From a virus (lineage: Duplodnaviria > Caudoviricetes), in the IMG/VR virus record IMGVR_UViG_3300021387_001565, positions 83,320 to 147,319 of that record: a DNA stretch of 64,000 nt; one strand, written 5' to 3'. Positions 61,446-64,000 of the stretch are shown piece by piece (positions within the stretch are counted from its first letter, which is position 1; each line of letters starts with the position of its first letter). The translations under genes were made by a program, and so were the position numbers. The notes under the pieces were generated by a model. It was not told where the DNA came from. It did not search any database and saw only the letters and a list, made by a program, of their open reading frames with translations.

Positions 61446-62384
61446 TTACGCGGTAAGGATTTTCTTAAGGACTGCCTGCCCCTTAACAACATCGTTGGTG
61501 TTTGTGATAACAGCGTCCATACGGCGGTCAGCAAGAGTAGCGGTGTTACGCTTTGCATCTCTGTGCTGAGTGAAGTCTGTAAGTGCCATGAGTACGCCCC
61601 ATGCACTGCCATCGAACTTCTTGATGTCATCACGCTGTACATAGCCCTTGAACTCATCCTGTAAGGACAACTGAGTTCTCTTCTGACGCTCTGACATCTT
61701 CTCGTCGATAGTCCACATCTCGTTGACGAACTTATTCAACTGAATGCTGTTGACCGAAGTATTAGCCATCTCGTCGCCGTACTCAGCAAGAGCATTGTTG
61801 AACTTCTCAGCAAGTTCAAGAGTAAGAGCGGCATCCTGTAACTTACCTTCAAGAGTACCTGTGTGACGGGTTGACCAAATGCGCTCAGCATTCTTAAGAG
61901 CAAGGTTAAGGGTGTTGTTACATACAACTCTTACATTGGTCATTGCAACCTGTACAGCACTCTTACCATCATGAGAGTTGCTGATTACACAATAACTCTC
62001 TACCTTATCGCCGTTGATGGAGAACTCGGGCATACGTGCGAGCATCCATACCTTACGACCATCGAAAAGGCTACCTGCGGTCTCATACTTAACGTCACCG
62101 CCAAGCAGGTTATCAACGAATGCAAATGCATCCTTGTTCTGTACGACTTGATACTTATCAGTAACCATGCCGTAAACCTTCTTATCGGTGCTACGTGTTG
62201 TGGCGAAGAACCCTGGGATTTCAATACCTGTCTCGGAGAAAACCCTTTCCTTACGAACTTCCCAATCGAGACCTGCTACCTTAATAGCCTCTTCTGAATT
62301 AGGTGCTTCTTCAATACTAACACCAAGACCGTGCCAAGGTGTCTGTCTTCCTACGTACATCATGTTTTCCACTTCTGCGCTCAT
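61446..62384 (-). CDS. DUF932 family protein
   Basis: TPWHGLG, AGLDWEV, YQVVQN.DAF, YETAGSL, NSHDG, RVVCNNTL. Confidence 0.93.
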   Translation of the reverse strand: MSAEVENMMYVGRQTPWHGLGVSIEEAPNSEEAIKVAGLDWEVRKERVFSETGIEIPGFFATTRSTDKKVYGMVTDKYQVVQNKDAFAFVDNLLGGDVKYETAGSLFDGRKVWMLARMPEFSINGDKVESYCVISNSHDGKSAVQVAMTNVRVVCNNTLNLALKNAERIWSTRHTGTLEGKLQDAALTLELAEKFNNALAEYGDEMANTSVNSIQLNKFVNEMWTIDEKMSERQKRTQLSLQDEFKGYVQRDDIKKFDGSAWGVLMALTDFTQHRDAKRNTATLADRRMDAVITNTNDVVKGQAVLKKILTA

Positions 62385-62442
62385 ATTGCCTACCCTTCTG
62401 CCGAACTCTGTCGGCTATGTGATTGATTTATCTTACAAGTTC

Positions 62443-62479
62443 ATTATAACCTATCATCAAACCAAAAATCAACAGATTT
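62443..62479 (-). promoter_or_regulatory. Early-type promoter
   Basis: AAATCTG-TTGATT-N18-TATAAT. Confidence 0.85.
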
Positions 62480-62627
62480 GAGATTAAGTTAGAAATTAAC
62501 TTGTCTCGACTACTCAACTTTGAGCAGTCAACTGACTTACAAGTTCATAAATAAAATCCTTTAGGTTGTCGTGGGCGGAAACCCACTGCCCTTGGACGGT
62601 GGGATGAGCCTTGTAAATTCGTAGCCA

Positions 62628-63038
62628 TTAACCTTGGCTTTCGATGTACTTTTGTATAGTAGCTGATGATGTCTCACCAATGCTACAGGCAAAGTATCCG
62701 TCTAACCAAAATATCTTATGTTTCCAATAACACTTAGATAAGAAATTTGGATATCTTTGCCACAGATAAAATGTTGTCTGCTGTTTAATCAATTTTACAA
62801 TGTCACATACTCTGTCCGTGGTATCGTAGCTTATCAGAAAATGTATATGGTCTTTATCGGTTTCCATTGCAATAATGTCATAACCTTTAGAATTGCAGAT
62901 ATCGTATATCTTTTGCTTTACATCATCAGCAATAGAGCCTTTAAGAATCTGTTTGCGGTACTTAGTGACAAGAACGATGTGTACTTTTAGGCTGTATTTA
63001 CGCCTGTTACGGTGATTGTATCTATCATCCATTAGCAC
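62628..63038 (-). CDS. tnpA: IS200/IS605 Y1 transposase
   Basis: HIVLVTKYRK, DHIH (HUH), FW..GYF..SIG, IQKYIESQ. Confidence 0.96.
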   Translation of the reverse strand: MLMDDRYNHRNRRKYSLKVHIVLVTKYRKQILKGSIADDVKQKIYDICNSKGYDIIAMETDKDHIHFLISYDTTDRVCDIVKLIKQQTTFYLWQRYPNFLSKCYWKHKIFWLDGYFACSIGETSSATIQKYIESQG

Positions 63039-63213
63039 TTGTGCGTCCTTTATATCTGATACTATATGTTGCAGAACCGCTCATGCAGATAGACGGACAT
63101 TTTACACCACATACCTTTTCAAGTACGGTGATTTCTTCTTCTGACAGTTGCCCTGTATAGAAAATACTTACAGGATATTTGTTTTTTGCTTTCTCTATAA
63201 GTTCTTGTACCAT
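63025..63213 (-). CDS. Small ORF inside IS, upstream of tnpA
   Basis: AAGGAG RBS, overlaps tnpA start. Confidence 0.5.
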   Translation of the reverse strand: MVQELIEKAKNKYPVSIFYTGQLSEEEITVLEKVCGVKCPSICMSGSATYSIRYKGRTSANG

Positions 63214-63296
63214 ACGTTGACTCCTTGAATTAACCGCTTGACTTTCACTAATAATTATTATATTATATATTTAGTGAAATATCAACGAGGTACATT

Positions 63297-64000
63297 ATGG
63301 AACAGATGACAGTTACAGCTAAAGTTCAGATATCTGTTAATGCAGACAGTAAGGTTTTACTTGATGAAACCATGTCTGTTTATTCTGATGCATGCAATTA
63401 TGTATCTGACTATGTGTTTCGTACTCACGACTTAAAGCAGTTTTCACTTAACAAGGTTTTGTATTCCACGCTCCGAGAGAAGTTCGGGCTTAAATCACAG
63501 ATGGCTCAGTCTGTATTTAAGACTGTTATTGCAAGATATAAGACCATTCTCGAAAATCAGAACGAATGGATTCAGCCATCTTTCAAGAAGCCTCAGTATG
63601 ACCTTGTTTGGAACAGGGATTATTCTATTACTCAAAACTGTTTTTCAGTAAATACTCTGAACGGTCGTGTTAAACTGCCATATTTCTCCGAAGGTATGTC
63701 TAAATACTTTGACCATACAATCTATAAGTTTGGAACTGCCAAGCTCGTAAATAAGCATTGTAAGTATTTTTTACATATCCCTGTTACCTATGATGTCGAA
63801 GAAAGTAATATCTCCGATATCTGTAATGTTGTCGGTATCGACAGAGGCATTAACTTTGTCGTTACTACTTATGACAGCAAGCACAAGTCTGGATTTGTAA
63901 GCGGTAAAGCTATCAAACAGAAACGTGCAAGCTATTCAAAACTTCGTAAAGAACTCCAAATGCGTCAGACCCCATCATCAAGACGTAGGCTTAAAGCTAT
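63297..64000 (+). CDS. tnpB: TnpB, 5' part
   Basis: Hand translation MEQMTVTAKVQI...VVGIDRG...; close relative of 48603-49730. Confidence 0.93.
   Translation, partial: MEQMTVTAKVQISVNADSKVLLDETMSVYSDACNYVSDYVFRTHDLKQFSLNKVLYSTLREKFGLKSQMAQSVFKTVIARYKTILENQNEWIQPSFKKPQYDLVWNRDYSITQNCFSVNTLNGRVKLPYFSEGMSKYFDHTIYKFGTAKLVNKHCKYFLHIPVTYDVEESNISDICNVVGIDRGINFVVTTYDSKHKSGFVSGKAIKQKRASYSKLRKELQMRQTPSSRRRLKA

Larger units (their letters stand above)
62549..64000 (+). mobile_element. IS605-type element (divergent tnpA and tnpB), truncated by window end
   Basis: TTCAT at 62544-48 then GGAAACCCAC...GTGGG left-end hairpin. Confidence 0.85.

Noticed and set aside
1-64000. Stop-codon recoding
   Set aside because: Core genes are full length in the standard bacterial code and end in TAA or TGA; no suppressor tRNA seen

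Overview
A 64-kb segment of a large T4-like (contractile-tailed) phage, probably of an anaerobic Firmicute host (sigma-A-like promoters, GGAGG-type RBS, SleB-like and YodL-like genes, IS200/IS605 elements). Almost everything is on the minus strand. 0-16 kb: virion morphogenesis (tail tube, sheath, neck, major capsid, protease-scaffold, portal, intein-containing large terminase). 19-28 kb: baseplate and tail-fibre genes, then a 587-aa protein with about 120 Cys in CxxC/CxxxC repeats, a small CXXX-system accessory protein, a two-intein radical SAM/SPASM maturase, and holins. 28-42 kb: acidic multi-module proteins with many L/I/V-x-E sites that fit prohead-protease cleavage (likely head-packaged cargo), an Ocr-like protein, thyA and an endolysin. 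33.3-35.7 kb: a promoter-to-terminator non-coding operon of ten tRNA-shaped RNAs, none with a normal anticodon arm; an eleventh lies at 42.4 kb. 42-64 kb: small early genes, two DNA methyltransferases, DUF932, three tnpB and one tnpA. Best candidates for undescribed systems: (1) the operon of tRNA scaffolds carrying variable inserts, (2) the radical-SAM/Cys-repeat cassette at the tail-fibre locus, (3) protease-processed head cargo polyproteins. All calls come from motif recognition and hand folding; no searches were run.
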